A DNA stretch of 64,000 nt, taken from assembly GCA_026914245.1 (NCBI GenBank), contig CP110439.1, positions 5,952,001 to 6,016,000 on the forward strand, given 5' to 3'. Below, in pieces: positions 38,120 through 50,395 of this stretch (its first letter is position 1; each line of letters begins with the position of its first letter). The stretch is from Puccinia triticina (lineage: Eukaryota). The notes under the pieces are model-generated. The model had not been told where the DNA came from. It saw only the letters and a list, made by a program, of their open reading frames with translations, and searched no databases. Both the position numbers and the translations under genes were made by a program.

Positions 38120-39000
38120 GGCACACTCCTATTACGGAGTGTGCTTTGGAACACTCCTATTACGGAGTGTGCTTTGGCACACTCCTATTACGGAGTGTGC
38201 TTTGGCACACTCCTATTACGGAGTGTGCTTTGGCACACTCCTATTACGGAGTGTGCTTTGGCACACTCCTATTACGGAGTGTGCTTTGGCACACTCCTAT
38301 TACGGAGTGTGCTTTGGCACACTCCTATTACGGAGTGTGCTTTGGCACACTCCTATTACGGAGTGTGCTTTGGCACACTCCTATTACGGAGTGTGCTTTG
38401 GCACACTCCTATTACGGAGTGTGCTTTGGCACACTCCTATTACGGAGTGTGCTTTGGCACACTCCTATTACAGAGTGTGTATTGGCACACTCCTATTACA
38501 GAGTGTGCTTTGGAACACTCCTATTACGGAGTGTGCTTCGGCACAATCCTATTACAGAGTGTGCTATTAAGGAGTGTGCCAAAGCGCACTCCGTAATAGG
38601 AGTGTGCCAAAGCACACTCCGTAATAGGAGTGTGCCAAAGCACACTCCGTAATAGGAGTGTGCCAAAGCACACTCCGTAATAGGAGTGTGCCAAAGCACA
38701 CTCCGTAATAGGAGTGTGCCAAAGCACACTCTGTTATAGGAGTGCGCCAAAGCACACTCCTTAATAGGAGTGTTCCAAAGCACACTCCGTAATAGGAGTG
38801 TGCCAAAGCACACTCCGTAAAAGGAGTGGGCTTTGGCGCACTCCTATAACAGAGTGTGCTTTGGCACACTCCTATAACAGAGTGTGCTTTGGCACACTCC
38901 TATAACAGAGTATGCTTTGGCACACTCCTATAACGGAGTGTGCCAAAACACACTCCCATAGCGGAGTGTGCCAAAACACACTCCCATAATGGATTGTGCT
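38120..39000. repeat. 28-bp hairpin minisatellite with internal orientation switches
   Basis: GGCACACTCCTATTACGGAGTGTGCTTT about 16 times forward, about 9 times inverted from ~38570, then variant units. Confidence 0.95.
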
Positions 39001-39321
39001 TTGACACTTTGAAAAGTAATGTCCATAAATAACTGCTGATTTTCACCCACAACAAATTGTGCGGACAAACCAACTCTACTCAATCATTGCCTCTATGCTG
39101 AGGTCTCAACAATACCTTACCAAAATAAGTTTGTGCTGGTCATTTTTGGGAAACAATGATGCACCATGTGCTTCTCTTCATGTGGTGGTTCATCCCTGCG
39201 GTTGACAGGCCATGGAAGAGAGCATTTGGCTACACCAACTTTTTTGCCTTGCTGGTGATCATGCTGTTCTGGTTTGTGGGCTTTGATTCAGCTGGTCCAA
39301 GCTGGAATAGCTGTGTTGCAG

Positions 39322-41737
39322 TAGGGATGGAACGACTGGACCCAAGTACCCCCGGCAGGTACAGGCACCACCTGCTTTTTTTGCCCAAGATGGACACCCG
39401 TACCCGGACCCAGACCCGCCTGGGAGCCCAGACGCAGGTACCCATGTACTTATTGCAGGTACTCACAGGTACCTCCCACTCAAAAGAGACTACTCGTGCT
39501 TCATTTCATGCAATGTAAACTAGATATCACTCTACTACTACAGGCTCAGTTACCTTTCTCTTATTCTTCATCATCCTTGAATTCTTGACCCCTTCATTCC
39601 AACAATTGAGAACCCCTGGTGGGATTTTCCCCTTCTTAGAATAAAAAGCCACGGTCATTCCCCTGCTCACCAATGTCCCACTGAGCCTGTGCCTGGTTGC
39701 AGTCACATAGCTTCTACCAAAACTAAAGGCTTGCTCTACATTAACAAATGTAGCTGAATAAAACAGACATTTAAGCTTAGAGTGAGTAAAAATAAAAATA
39801 AATGAATGCAGGGGAAAAAAAACAGACATACCTGGACAGCTCAATATATCAAGAGCCATTTTTGAAAGGCCCCCGTGCTTGTTGCATCTTGTCTTCTGCT
39901 TTAACCACCACTCAACAGCGTTGACTGGGTTGAATTGATCTAAGATTATGTTGCCAGCCAGCCAAGTATTGATTGGGTCAGAGGGTGAACTAACTGCGCG
40001 TGCGGCCAATGCAGCCCCAAGTTGAGAGATGAAACCACTTTGGGGCTGAACAGGGAGTCAACATCACTTTTCTTGCAAGCAAAGAACACCGATTGAAACC
40101 ATGGTGTACTTACTTTGGCTTTAGTAATCTCCGTTCCTGAGGCTGTATCTTCTTGTGGCTTATACTTGCTAAACCACAACTCTCAAGTGAGACTGATTGC
40201 CTTGTCAATCCATTCCACTTGGCTCCACCCGGCTACTTTAAAGTATTGATCTTTGAATGATGGATGTAAGACTGGGAAGAGTCGGTTGAGTTTGAGCAAG
40301 AATCAAAAGACAAGGCTGACTGATGGAACCAACTTAACCATTGCTATTTGGTACAAAGGCAAGCAGTCAGTTAACGTGTAATACTTGTTTGTAAGCTTCA
40401 GCCCAGCACAACAAGCATTCCTCAAAGCCGGGGGGAACTTCTTCTTGGTAATGACAGTTGACAGATGTTCAGTGATCTGGTCAATAAACACTACCACATG
40501 TAACAACTGTGCCAAGCCTCCAGTCAATACTTGAAGGGTTATCTCATAGAAAAGCTTGAGTACAGCTGACATATCCTTTGCTAATTTGATGTTGGTTTTT
40601 TTGATTTGGGAAGACCGAGTAACACCATAATTTTTATCACACTGCCATTCCAAACTGAAAGATATAAGTCATAAAATCATCATTTTTGGAGGATTTGTAT
40701 CCCTTAACTTACATTGCAGAGTGACACCTGACAACACCATTCAGTTGCACAAGACTTGAGGTCCATCTTGTAGCTACGTCTGGTTTGATATTGTGAAGTT
40801 TTTTGCAGGTTTTCTTCTCACAAATTTCAAGAAATAGTGCTTTTGAGTTTGGTGATTTGTTGAGTTTTTGGGCAATTGATTGGAACTGATTTTTGCAGGA
40901 AGATGAATTTATAATGTTTGTCAAATTAGCAGAAGAATTGGGCTGACCTTTGCAAGAGTTTGCTGACAGATACTGGAGGTGTATTGATTGTCTTTGTCTT
41001 CCTCACTGAGATCATCAATGTCATCATTGTCCAACTCCTTGGGGTCCTCCAATCTGGCCACATCGCCGGTCAAATCTGTAGGGTTTTCTTCTTCATTGAT
41101 CATCCAGCTTGTCCATCTGTCTCTTGCGCTTCTTGGGTCCAAATTGTTGGATTATTGCTTTTGCAATAAGATTCAGTACATGTGCAAAGTAGCGGATTCA
41201 TTGGGCCTCCCCTTTGAAGTTCAGCCACTTAAGCTTCTTTAATTCATTGACCATGACCTTATTGTGAGAAGCGTTGTTGGACACTGTACCACATATCTGG
41301 ATAATGTACAGTTGGATCAATGAATGTTTGGACAACATAGAATCAATAAAAATAACTTACTTTGTATTGAATATCAAACTTCTCAACAATCAGTTGAATT
41401 TTTTTGGCCAAATACACCCCTGTGTGGCTCTGAGATAATTGGATGAAGTCTAGGGGCATCACATCAAACTCGTGTTTCCGACCATCCCCATGGCAAAGAA
41501 GATATACCAATACCCCGAGAATGTTGAATATGTTGGGAGGTTGCCAAGAGTCTACACCGAGATACAGTGCTCCAGTGTGGCTCTGGAGGTTTATAAAAAT
41601 GAGCTCAAAAATAGAATTACCAATTGAATTAAAGTGAGATGGGATGTTTAACCTTCAAATCTGATTTCACATTTTCCTGGACCGCGGTGTATAGTTGATG
41701 AATGGCCTTTGAGATCAAATATTGATGGTGAGGTAAG
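39322..41737 (-). mobile_element. Decayed hAT element (transposase pseudogene plus one terminus)
   Basis: TAGGGATGG terminus with ACCCG/GGTACC subterminal repeats. GVDSWQPP, FAHVLNLIAK, DVATRW and dimerisation-domain WW..GLSKMALDILSCP..VEQAFS. Confidence 0.85.
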
Positions 41738-41740
41738 TTT

Positions 41741-43023
41741 CACCAGGAAAAAAAAATAGTCACTTGATGGCAAGTGACATGATGCAGCTTTGGTTTCTGC
41801 TCCAGAGCTAAACCAGCGCTGCTCCAAGTCTGCTCCACCGGCACTTGTAGAGTTTGCAGGACTGCACCAGAGCACTCAATGTGGCACAGTCAGCTGATCC
41901 TAATTTTTTCCCAGGAACAGCTGATGCTCATCATAAGCTGAGCAATAGGCATTTACTGAGCCTGGGCCAAAGCTGAGCATTGGCTGAGCCTGGGCCACAG
42001 CTGAGCATTGGATATTCCAAGCCTGAATCAAATCCAAGTGTCAGCTGGACCAAGAATATTCCAAATCTGAGCATCAGCTTAGCCAACAATGGTCCAAAGC
42101 TGAGCATCATCTTGGAAAAGGCTTGTGCAGAGCTTAGGATCAGATGGGACAATATTGTTCCAAAGATTAACACCAGCTGGGCCAAAATTTTTCAAAAGCT
42201 GAGCATTGGCTGAGCCAATGCTGGTACAAAGCTGAGCATTGGCTGAGCCAAGGCTGTTCCAAAGCTGAGTATCAGATTTTTTGAGACTATTCAAAAGATT
42301 AATATCACCTGAGCCAAGGCTGTTCCACAGCTGAGCATCAGCTGAGCCAAGGCTGGTCCACAGCTGAGAATCAGCTGAGCCAAGGCTGGTCCACAGCTGA
42401 GAATCAGCTGAGCCAAGGCTGGTCCACAGCTGAGCATCAGCTGAGCCAAGGCTAGTCCACAGCTGAGCATCAGCTGAGCAAAGGCTGGTCCACAGCTGAG
42501 CATTGTCTTAGCCAAGGTTGGTCCACAGCTGAGCATCAGCTGAGCCAAGGCTGGTCCACAGATGAGCATAAGCTGTTACAGGAGTGGTCAGACTCAGAAT
42601 CTGAGCATTGGCTGGGCCGAGATTTATCCAAAGCTGAAAATCAGCTGAGCCAATACTGGTCCAAAGCTAAGAGTTGGCTGGGCCAATGATAGTCCTAATC
42701 CGAGTCTAAGCTGAGCCATGACTGGAATAAAGCTGAAAATAAGCTGGGCCAGGACTGGTTCTGATCTGGGCAACAAAGCTGAGCATGAGCTGGGCACCAA
42801 AGCTTAGCATAAGCTGGGAGCTAAAGCTGAGTATCAGCTGACCAGAAATGGGGATCAGTGGTGCCCAGCAAAAACTGAGGATCTCCTGTGGAAATTCTTA
42901 AACTGGTGAGATGGTGGGTAGATGGTGGGTAGATGATGAGTAGATGGTGGGTAGATTGTGAGAAGCCCGCTGGAGCTGGCATGATGTCACTTGTCATCAA
43001 GTGACTATTTTTTTTTCCTGGTG
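41741..43023. mobile_element. 1283-bp non-autonomous CACTA/CMC element, same terminal family as element A
   Basis: TIR CACCAGGAAAAAAAAATAGTCACTTGATG(G/A)CAAGTGACAT, TSD TTT on both sides, internal 33-bp repeat CAGCTGAGCATCAGCTGAGCCAAGGCTGGTCCA. Confidence 0.9.
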
Positions 43024-43229
43024 TTTTTGAGGACCGTTGTGGTAAGCCAATCCTGAATATGGCACCAAAATCAAAGTCTTTTCCCCTCAATATAACCCTC
43101 TCTGGAATACTCAAGCACCCACCTCCCTTAAGGATCAAGGCCAAGACAACTCATACCCATCAACAGGCCCCCCATTATCCCCTTCCTCTATTTTCCCCAC
43201 CTTCTGGATACCCACCTACACCAACTCAG

Positions 43230-46200
43230 TATTTCTCAAGCTTATCAAAGGCATGGATCTGAAGGATGAAGTTGAAGAAATGACTGGCTATGAGGACCAA
43301 GACTGGGAATTGCTAAAAAAAGGAGTTACTCAACAGGTTTGGATCTTCACTTCCTTTAGTCAGATATACCAGACATGATCTTAAGGACCTAGTACACTCT
43401 GCCATTAAGGGAGGGGGTATTGATACTACTGACCACTTTCAGGACCAAGTTTGCAGCAATCACTAACTACCTGGTAAGAATGGGGTACAGTTCCAGTGTT
43501 GAGGAATTCAGAGATAACCTGCTAGAAGCCCTTAGTGAGGAAATAGAGCAAGCTGTCACAAAGGAGCTGGTCAGAAACAATACAATGCTTACCTCCAAGG
43601 ATGGTGGTGACATTCTACCTGAAACTGAATTTCTGCTCTCATATATCCATAAAGAAGTCCATCAGAAATCAGTAAAGTCTAGAAGAAAGGTTTGGAAAGG
43701 CATTGACTATCTTACTCCTACTACTAAAAATGCTTCTCCCAAATACAAAACACAGGAAAAGGAAGTTGAAGAACTCACTAAAACCCTATCTAGCTGGCAT
43801 ACCCAGAAACCTTCCCCCTTCTTCATGAAAGTTATGTACCATACAAACCAGCCCAGCAGGAAAAGGTCTGGACAACTTTCAAGTGCAATTACTGCCACCA
43901 AATTGGCCACTCTTTTTCTAGGTGCAACCTGGCAAATCTGGATGAACTGAATGGAAAATTCAAGAAAGAAGGTAATAATGTAAGGATGCCTGATGGAAAT
44001 ATAGTCCCCTGGGAAAGGAACAGAGCTTACAAGTTTGCTGTAGACCAATACCACCAGGAACAGAAACAACCTGGGATACTAAACTTACCTGCTGGAACCC
44101 TCAAAACTGGCAACTCTACTGCACCTCAAGCCTCCTTTGGACAACTGAAAGAAATGGACCCAAATGAAGACCTATCCACCTATGACTGTGAAATTGGGAA
44201 AAGGACTAGAAGTGGTAAGGAATACCCAGAAGAGGTAGTTACCAATAAGAAGGTCAGGAAGGAAAAGGAAGACCACATGGACTTAGACATGGACCAACCT
44301 CTGGAATATGCCAAAAAGGACCCCATTCCCCTTCCCACTCTTCCAACCTCTCAAAAATCCCCAGCCAAGAAAGTCCAGATCCAAACCCCTGAAGACTCCC
44401 AAACTCTCAAGGATAAACCAACTAGGAAGACCTATGTAGAGAAACCATTAGCTAAGGAATACCCTGAGGCAGAAGAAAGGGTAGTTAGCAGGATGCTCAC
44501 TGATTGCAGATTGGAATTATCCTATGCTGAACTTTTGGCCATTTCCCCTGGAGCTGTGGATGTCTTGAAGAAGAAGATCAGCCCTAGAAGGATACCATTG
44601 AAAACCCCTTCCAAAACAACCAACTCTGGAGATGTAGAAGAAGACCAGGACCAAGAAGAAGAACTGGAGCCAGAATCACCCCACTATGCTTGCCCTCTTG
44701 GATATGTAGATGCCACTATAAATGGAAAAAACTTTCAGGCCCTCTTGGATAATGGATCACAAGTCAACTTACTTCCCAGGAATCTTGCAGCAAGAATGGA
44801 ATTAATAGTCACCCAAAGGAACATGAACTTAAAAGGAATTGGAGGCCATAAGAGTGAAATCCTTGGAATTACAGAAGAAGTCACCATCAAATTAGTTAAT
44901 ATGTCAATGAAACCTCACTTTTATGTTTCAGCAGCAGATGTCCAGCCAATCTTAGGAACACCTTGGCTCAAAGATGTATCAGCAACCATCAGTTTCAACA
45001 GGGAAGGATCAGAAAGCCTTTCAATTATGAAAGCAGGTAAAACTTACTTGGTTCCCATAGCTCATCCAGAACACCAGAAATGGGAGAAAGATTTCCCAAC
45101 TCATACAGCAACCACCCAAAGTCATTTTTTAGGCTCTGGCACCTTCCAAGAGTAAGTAAATGGGAGGTGCTTAATCAAAACAATCTAACTCAGGATAAGT
45201 TAGTATGTGCATCAAAGTATAAATCCACTACAAAAAAAATCAAACCAGTAAATGAGCCCATGCCCCAAAAACTCAACCCACCTCTCTCTAATGCTCCTCT
45301 CTCCAGAGATCCCTATCAAACTCCCCTAACTCCTTTTCTCCCAGAATTTTCTCCCAATCCTAAAATCACAGCAGAAAGCTTAGAGGTAGTTAACTTTGGC
45401 CCTCCTGGATGGCTCCGGCCAGAAGAACTCAAACTTTTTCAGCATATTATAGTACTCAGACAAGGTGTACTGGTCTCCTGTGCTGAAGAAAGAGGTCTAC
45501 TCAAACACACCTATGGACAACCCTACAGAATCCCAGTCATCAAACATGAACCCTGGCAACAAAAACCGATCCCCATCCCTGCAGCAATCAAGGACTAATT
45601 TGTGGAATTAGTAAGAGAAAGAGTCAAAACTGGTCTCTATGAACAATCCTGCTCCACTTACTCCTCCCCAGTCTTCTGTGTCAAAAAGCATGATGGAAAA
45701 CTCAGAGTTGTTCATGAATTACAAAGACTTAACAAGGTGATCATTAAAGACTCTGGAATCCCACCAAATCCTGAAGAACTCATTGAATCTTTCACTGGAA
45801 GGGCCTGCTATGGCCTGGGTGATATAATGGGAGGATATGATGAGAAGGAGTTAGCCATGGAATCAAGACTCTTAACCACCTTTGAAACCCCCCTTGGAAG
45901 ATTTCAACTCACCAGAATACCCCAAGGAGCCACCAATTCTGTTGCAGTCTACCAGGCCCAGATGATGTGAATTCTCCAGGATGAAATACCGGAAAATGTA
46001 GGAATCTTTATTGATGATGGTGGAATCAAAGGCCCTGTCTCAGACTATAATCAAGAAACCTTGGAAGAAAACCCTGGCATCAGAAGATTTATCTGGGAGT
46101 ATGCAACTACTCTGGAAAGAATACTCTTTAGGATAGAAGAAGCTGGACTCACCATCTCTGGAAAGAAATTTGCTTGCTGTGTTCCTGCCTTGGAGCTTGT

Positions 46201-46531
46201 TGGCCATGTGGTTTGCAAGGAAGGAAGGAAAATAGCCAAAAAACAACTCAAAAAAGTAGAAACCTGGCCAAAACCTGATAATCCAACTGAAGTCAGGGGG
46301 TTTCTTGGAATTTGTGTTTATGTCAGAATGTTCATCCCAGGACTATCAGAACTTGCAGCACCCCTCAGAAAACACAATCACAAAGGAACAGAATGGAAAT
46401 GGACTCAGAAATGCCAGGAAGCCTTTGAAGAATTAAAGCAACTCATTGGATATGACATATAAACCCCCAAAAAGTTGGATTACTCTGAAGAAGCAGGACA
46501 AATTAAATTAGCTGTGGATTCCAGCTACATA
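43230..46531 (+). mobile_element. Truncated Ty3/gypsy (gag, protease, RT, start of RNase H)
   Basis: ALLDNGSQVNL protease; RT YSSPVFCVKKHDGKLRVVH, DIMGGYDE, IFIDDGGI. Ends at KLAVDSSY where a CACCA terminus begins. No LTR recognised. Confidence 0.93.
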
Positions 46532-47169
46532 CACCACGGGACCTGTATCTAAGGTTTTGGCCTGTCCCGAGGATACTTTTGTTCAAAAGTAGCCTCGGGA
46601 CAGCTTCAACCTGTCCTGAGGACACCCATGTCACCATCGGTCCCAAGGATGCCCTCAAAAGCATCCTGGGGACCCATCTGCACAAAGAGCATCCCAAGGA
46701 TGCATTATTCAGCTTGTAAAAAAACATCCTCAGGATACTTCTTTGCACTTTGTCCTGAGGATGATTTTTGACCCCAATCGTCAGGATGCTCTTGATCAAG
46801 GTGTCCCAAGGACACTTTTTAGAGTACTTGGAAAATTCTTGGCCAATTGAAACTGCCGAGTGGACTCCCCCCAGCGGCCTGAGAGAACATCAATGCCCTG
46901 GAGAGTCGAGACAATGTGTATAGCAATTCAAATACATAAAGCAGGAATGATTGTACCTGACACATGTCGGATTACGCAGGGCATAATGCTCCTGTACAGA
47001 ATACAGAATGCTACACAAAGTCCAGAAAAGGAAACGTGGAATGTGGCTGGGTATAACTGCCACCTGGCCGCGGCCGGGCCCTGCCCCACCGCCAAACACA
47101 TGCATTTCTTCTCTTCCAAATCTAGATCCAACCTGAACAAATCTCGACTATTTTTCTCTTGATTCTGAA

Positions 47170-47740
47170 TCCGCATGGGTAGCAAAGGTGTCAATGGGGT
47201 ACCTTCCCTATCCATGAAGCTTTTGAGTGATTTCCGACCCAATTCCGGCTTCGCTTGGCTAGGGAAGGTGTCAATGGGGTGCCTTCTCTACCCACTACCC
47301 ATGAAGCTTTCAAGCATTTTTTGACCCGATTCCGACTTTGCATGGCTAGGGAAGGGGCCAATGGGGTACCTTCCCTACCCACAAACCTTCCAAGCAATTT
47401 CCGACACGATTCCGACTTCGCATGGCTAGGGAAGGTGTCAATGGGGTACCTTCCCTGCCCATGAAGCTTCCAAGCAATTTCCAAACCGATTCCAACTTTG
47501 TATGGCTAGGGAAGGGGTCACGGTGGTGCCTTCCTTACCCATGAAGCTTTTGAGAAATTTCCAACCCAATTCCGACTTTGCATGGCTAGGGAAGGGGGCA
47601 ATGGGGTACCTTCCCTACCCGTGAAGCTTTTGAGAAATTTCCGACCCAATTCAGACTTTGCATGGCTTGGGAAGGGATCACCCTGACCCTTTCCCTACCC
47701 ATGAAGCTTTCAAGCAAATTTCAACTTGATTCCAATGTTG
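47170..47740. repeat. ~80-bp subterminal tandem repeat with internal hairpin
   Basis: CATGGCTAGGGAAGG-type units at 47341, 47421, 47501, 47581 and 47661. TAGGGAAGG pairs with CCTTCCCTA. Confidence 0.9.
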
Positions 47741-48004
47741 CTGGGGTAAGGCAGAGCCTTCTCCCCGATTAATACTGCCTGATTTATTGCATAATGTGTG
47801 GGCTTAAGATTCTCTCAAAAGTTGAAAATGTGAAGACAGTGTTGTTGTTTAAGCCAAAAACAAAATCCAGAAAGGGTTTTAGCAGTATCAGAGTGGGGAT
47901 CTAATACAAGAAGTAATTATCAGAGTACTGGAATGATTTTGCTTGTTAAATTTTCAATAGTAATCAGACGTAAATGTAAAAAAGTGGTTTAGATCATGGA
48001 CTGA

Positions 48005-48406
48005 TTAAAAAATATTGGTATTATCTTCTGCTACAGCATTGTGTTGTTCAAAGTCAAAATGATGTACACCCCAGTTTTTTAAGCCTTCCATGACACATTG
48101 AACCATATCTTGATCTGAAATATGTGGTGAATGTGTTCTGGATATTTGGTGATGGTGAAAAGGATCATGAAAAGAGGCGGTGTTGATCACAAAATGTTTG
48201 TTGTCTGTGTGTTTGATTTCGGTCATCTTAATCTCAGTTTCTTGACGTTCAATGTGTGTAGGGTGGGTGTAAGTGATTGGACATTTTCCTTTGTCACAAT
48301 TATGTTGAACATTGATGCAAGCTTTGACATCCTGAAACACATGCCACAGTTAATTTTTCTTCAACAAAAAAATACAATGAGAAATGAGAAAAACTCACAT
48401 TCACAT
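48005..48406 (-). pseudogene. 3' exons of the transposase interrupted by the gypsy
   Basis: DVKACINVQHNCDKGKC..RQET..FVINTASFH. Removing the gypsy restores KQFFNVN followed by a GTGAGT donor. Confidence 0.8.
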
Positions 48407-49566
48407 TGTAGGACTCGTGTGGGACACTAAATATAATTTGGTGAAATATCCGCTGAGGGGGAAATAAATTGCTTAATAGGTTGAAAGGCTATTACAACTT
48501 ACGGGTGGTTTGAAAGACCTGCCCCTCTAATAATACTATGCAAATATCTAAGAGTCTTGTAATCAATATTTATAAAGATATGGCTGATTCCAAGATAGAT
48601 CTTACTTTCATATAGTAATCTCTATCAGACCTAGATCACTTGATTCAACAGGCTAGCAAATCTGCTATAACTTCTTTGCTCGCAGGCAATATACTTACTT
48701 TGTGATACTCGTACTACACGTTACTAATATGCTGTTTAACTCGCACTTGTTGTTGTGTTATGCTGGGTTCTACTACTGCCAAAAAAAAAAAAAACACTAA
48801 TACTACTACTAAACTTCTACGCTACTTTTACTAACCACTAATACCGCTAATAACCGCACTGCTGACTAAACTACCGTATGTGACCAAACCTTCCTAGGCT
48901 GATGGGGAAAAGTCTGGTGAGGGGGGAAAGGGCCTCCTTATATATTGAAGGGTGAGGGATTTTTGCTCCAGGGAAGCTCCTCATGAGGGATTATTGCTGC
49001 AGGGGATCTCAACTACACAGCCTCTCATGCATGTACTGCGCTGCATGTGCAAACAACAAGGGGTTTATGCTGCAGGAGACACTCAACTACACAGCATCTG
49101 CATGCGTGTGCTGCACTGCCTTACAAACAATGAGGGATTTATGCTGCAGGAGACGCCTCCTATACATCTTATCTACCTGCATATGATGTGCTTCATGTAC
49201 AAACAATGAGGGATTTATGCTGCGGGAGGCACTTCCTGTACAGCTTATCTACCTGCATATGCTTCACTATGCGTACAAACAATGAGGGATATATGCTGCA
49301 TGAGGCGCTTGAGCTACACAGCACTTTCATGCATGTACTGCGCTGCATGATGTCATGTGTTGCTATGCAACCAAGCCATCTTCCATCCTCTTCCACACAC
49401 TCTGCATCCACTGTCCAACCTGTTCCATTCCCAATGTTGAGGGTCAAGGCCTCTCCTCCCATCTTGCTCCTTCTTCCCTACTTCCCCCGCACTGTATTAC
49501 ACACTCCCTCTACTATAATACCTCTGCAATGGGCTTTTGGCATTGTCACGCATATGGAACACCACA
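48407..49566 (-). repeat. 3' LTR (1160 bp)
   Basis: By eye differs from the 5' LTR only in A14 versus A15 and CAA versus CGA near 49058/60761. Confidence 0.97.
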
Positions 49567-49577
49567 TCCCCCCCCAA
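49567..49577 (-). other. Polypurine tract
   Basis: G-run ending in A on the minus strand, immediately before the 3' LTR. Confidence 0.85.
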
Positions 49578-50395
49578 CTTAATGCTGTCCACAGCATTTG
49601 TGACAAATGCCAAAAGAACCTGCTCAACTATTCACTGAAAAGAATCCTCAAATGGTCGTGATTTCCGTTTGTCCCAATCCAATACGCCATGTTCCGTTTT
49701 CGTGCGTCCAACAGATGTCGTCCTAGTATACCCAAGTGCCAGTTGAAATAAAGAACTCCCAAATTACTGATTCATCTCCCCTCCCTACAAACTAGGTCCA
49801 ATTCCAAGTGCCCAATGTCAACCTTCACCACTCAATCTCCACTGTAATCCCAGGTGTCATTCTCTGATGCCCATCCACGATCCAATGTGAGACGAAAAAA
49901 AAAACATTCCAAATTCAATCCCTCTTCTTCTTCATTCTAATGACATTGTCGCAAGGAAAAAGCCAGTTTATTCTGCAAAAGGTTGTTGAACATTAGTGTT
50001 CAATAAGGTCTAGACTCCTTTGTCCTTTCCGCATGATACCCACCCAATCTGATTCTTCAGATAGTCCAATCCTGATGCCCGCAATTGATGAACCCCGCTA
50101 ATCCGCAAATTCCTATCTCGTCCCGTTATTTGGCCTTACATTTCCAACGTCCATTCCACAACCTCCTCATCGCCTGTTCGTATTGTCCTGTTCCAAATAT
50201 GAATTCGTCCGTTCTCCTATCCCTTTAATCTCCTAATGACTGACTAATGCTGTGCTAAATTGCTTGTAATTTGTGTTAAATTGGCCCACCCTATTCCCTC
50301 AGCTAAACAAAGGAAACTGTTTGCCTACCAAATGCTTTCCAATACAATAACTTTTTTTACCAACTAATCATATATTCAAAACCCTGACTTCCTAA

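Noticed and set aside
38120..39000. CRISPR-like 28-bp palindromic repeats
   Set aside because: Units are contiguous with no spacers, there are no cas genes, and the context is eukaryotic.
48952..49661. Duplicated ORFs in both LTRs
   Set aside because: Arise from LTR-internal repeats, with no recognisable protein and ends that differ outside the LTR.
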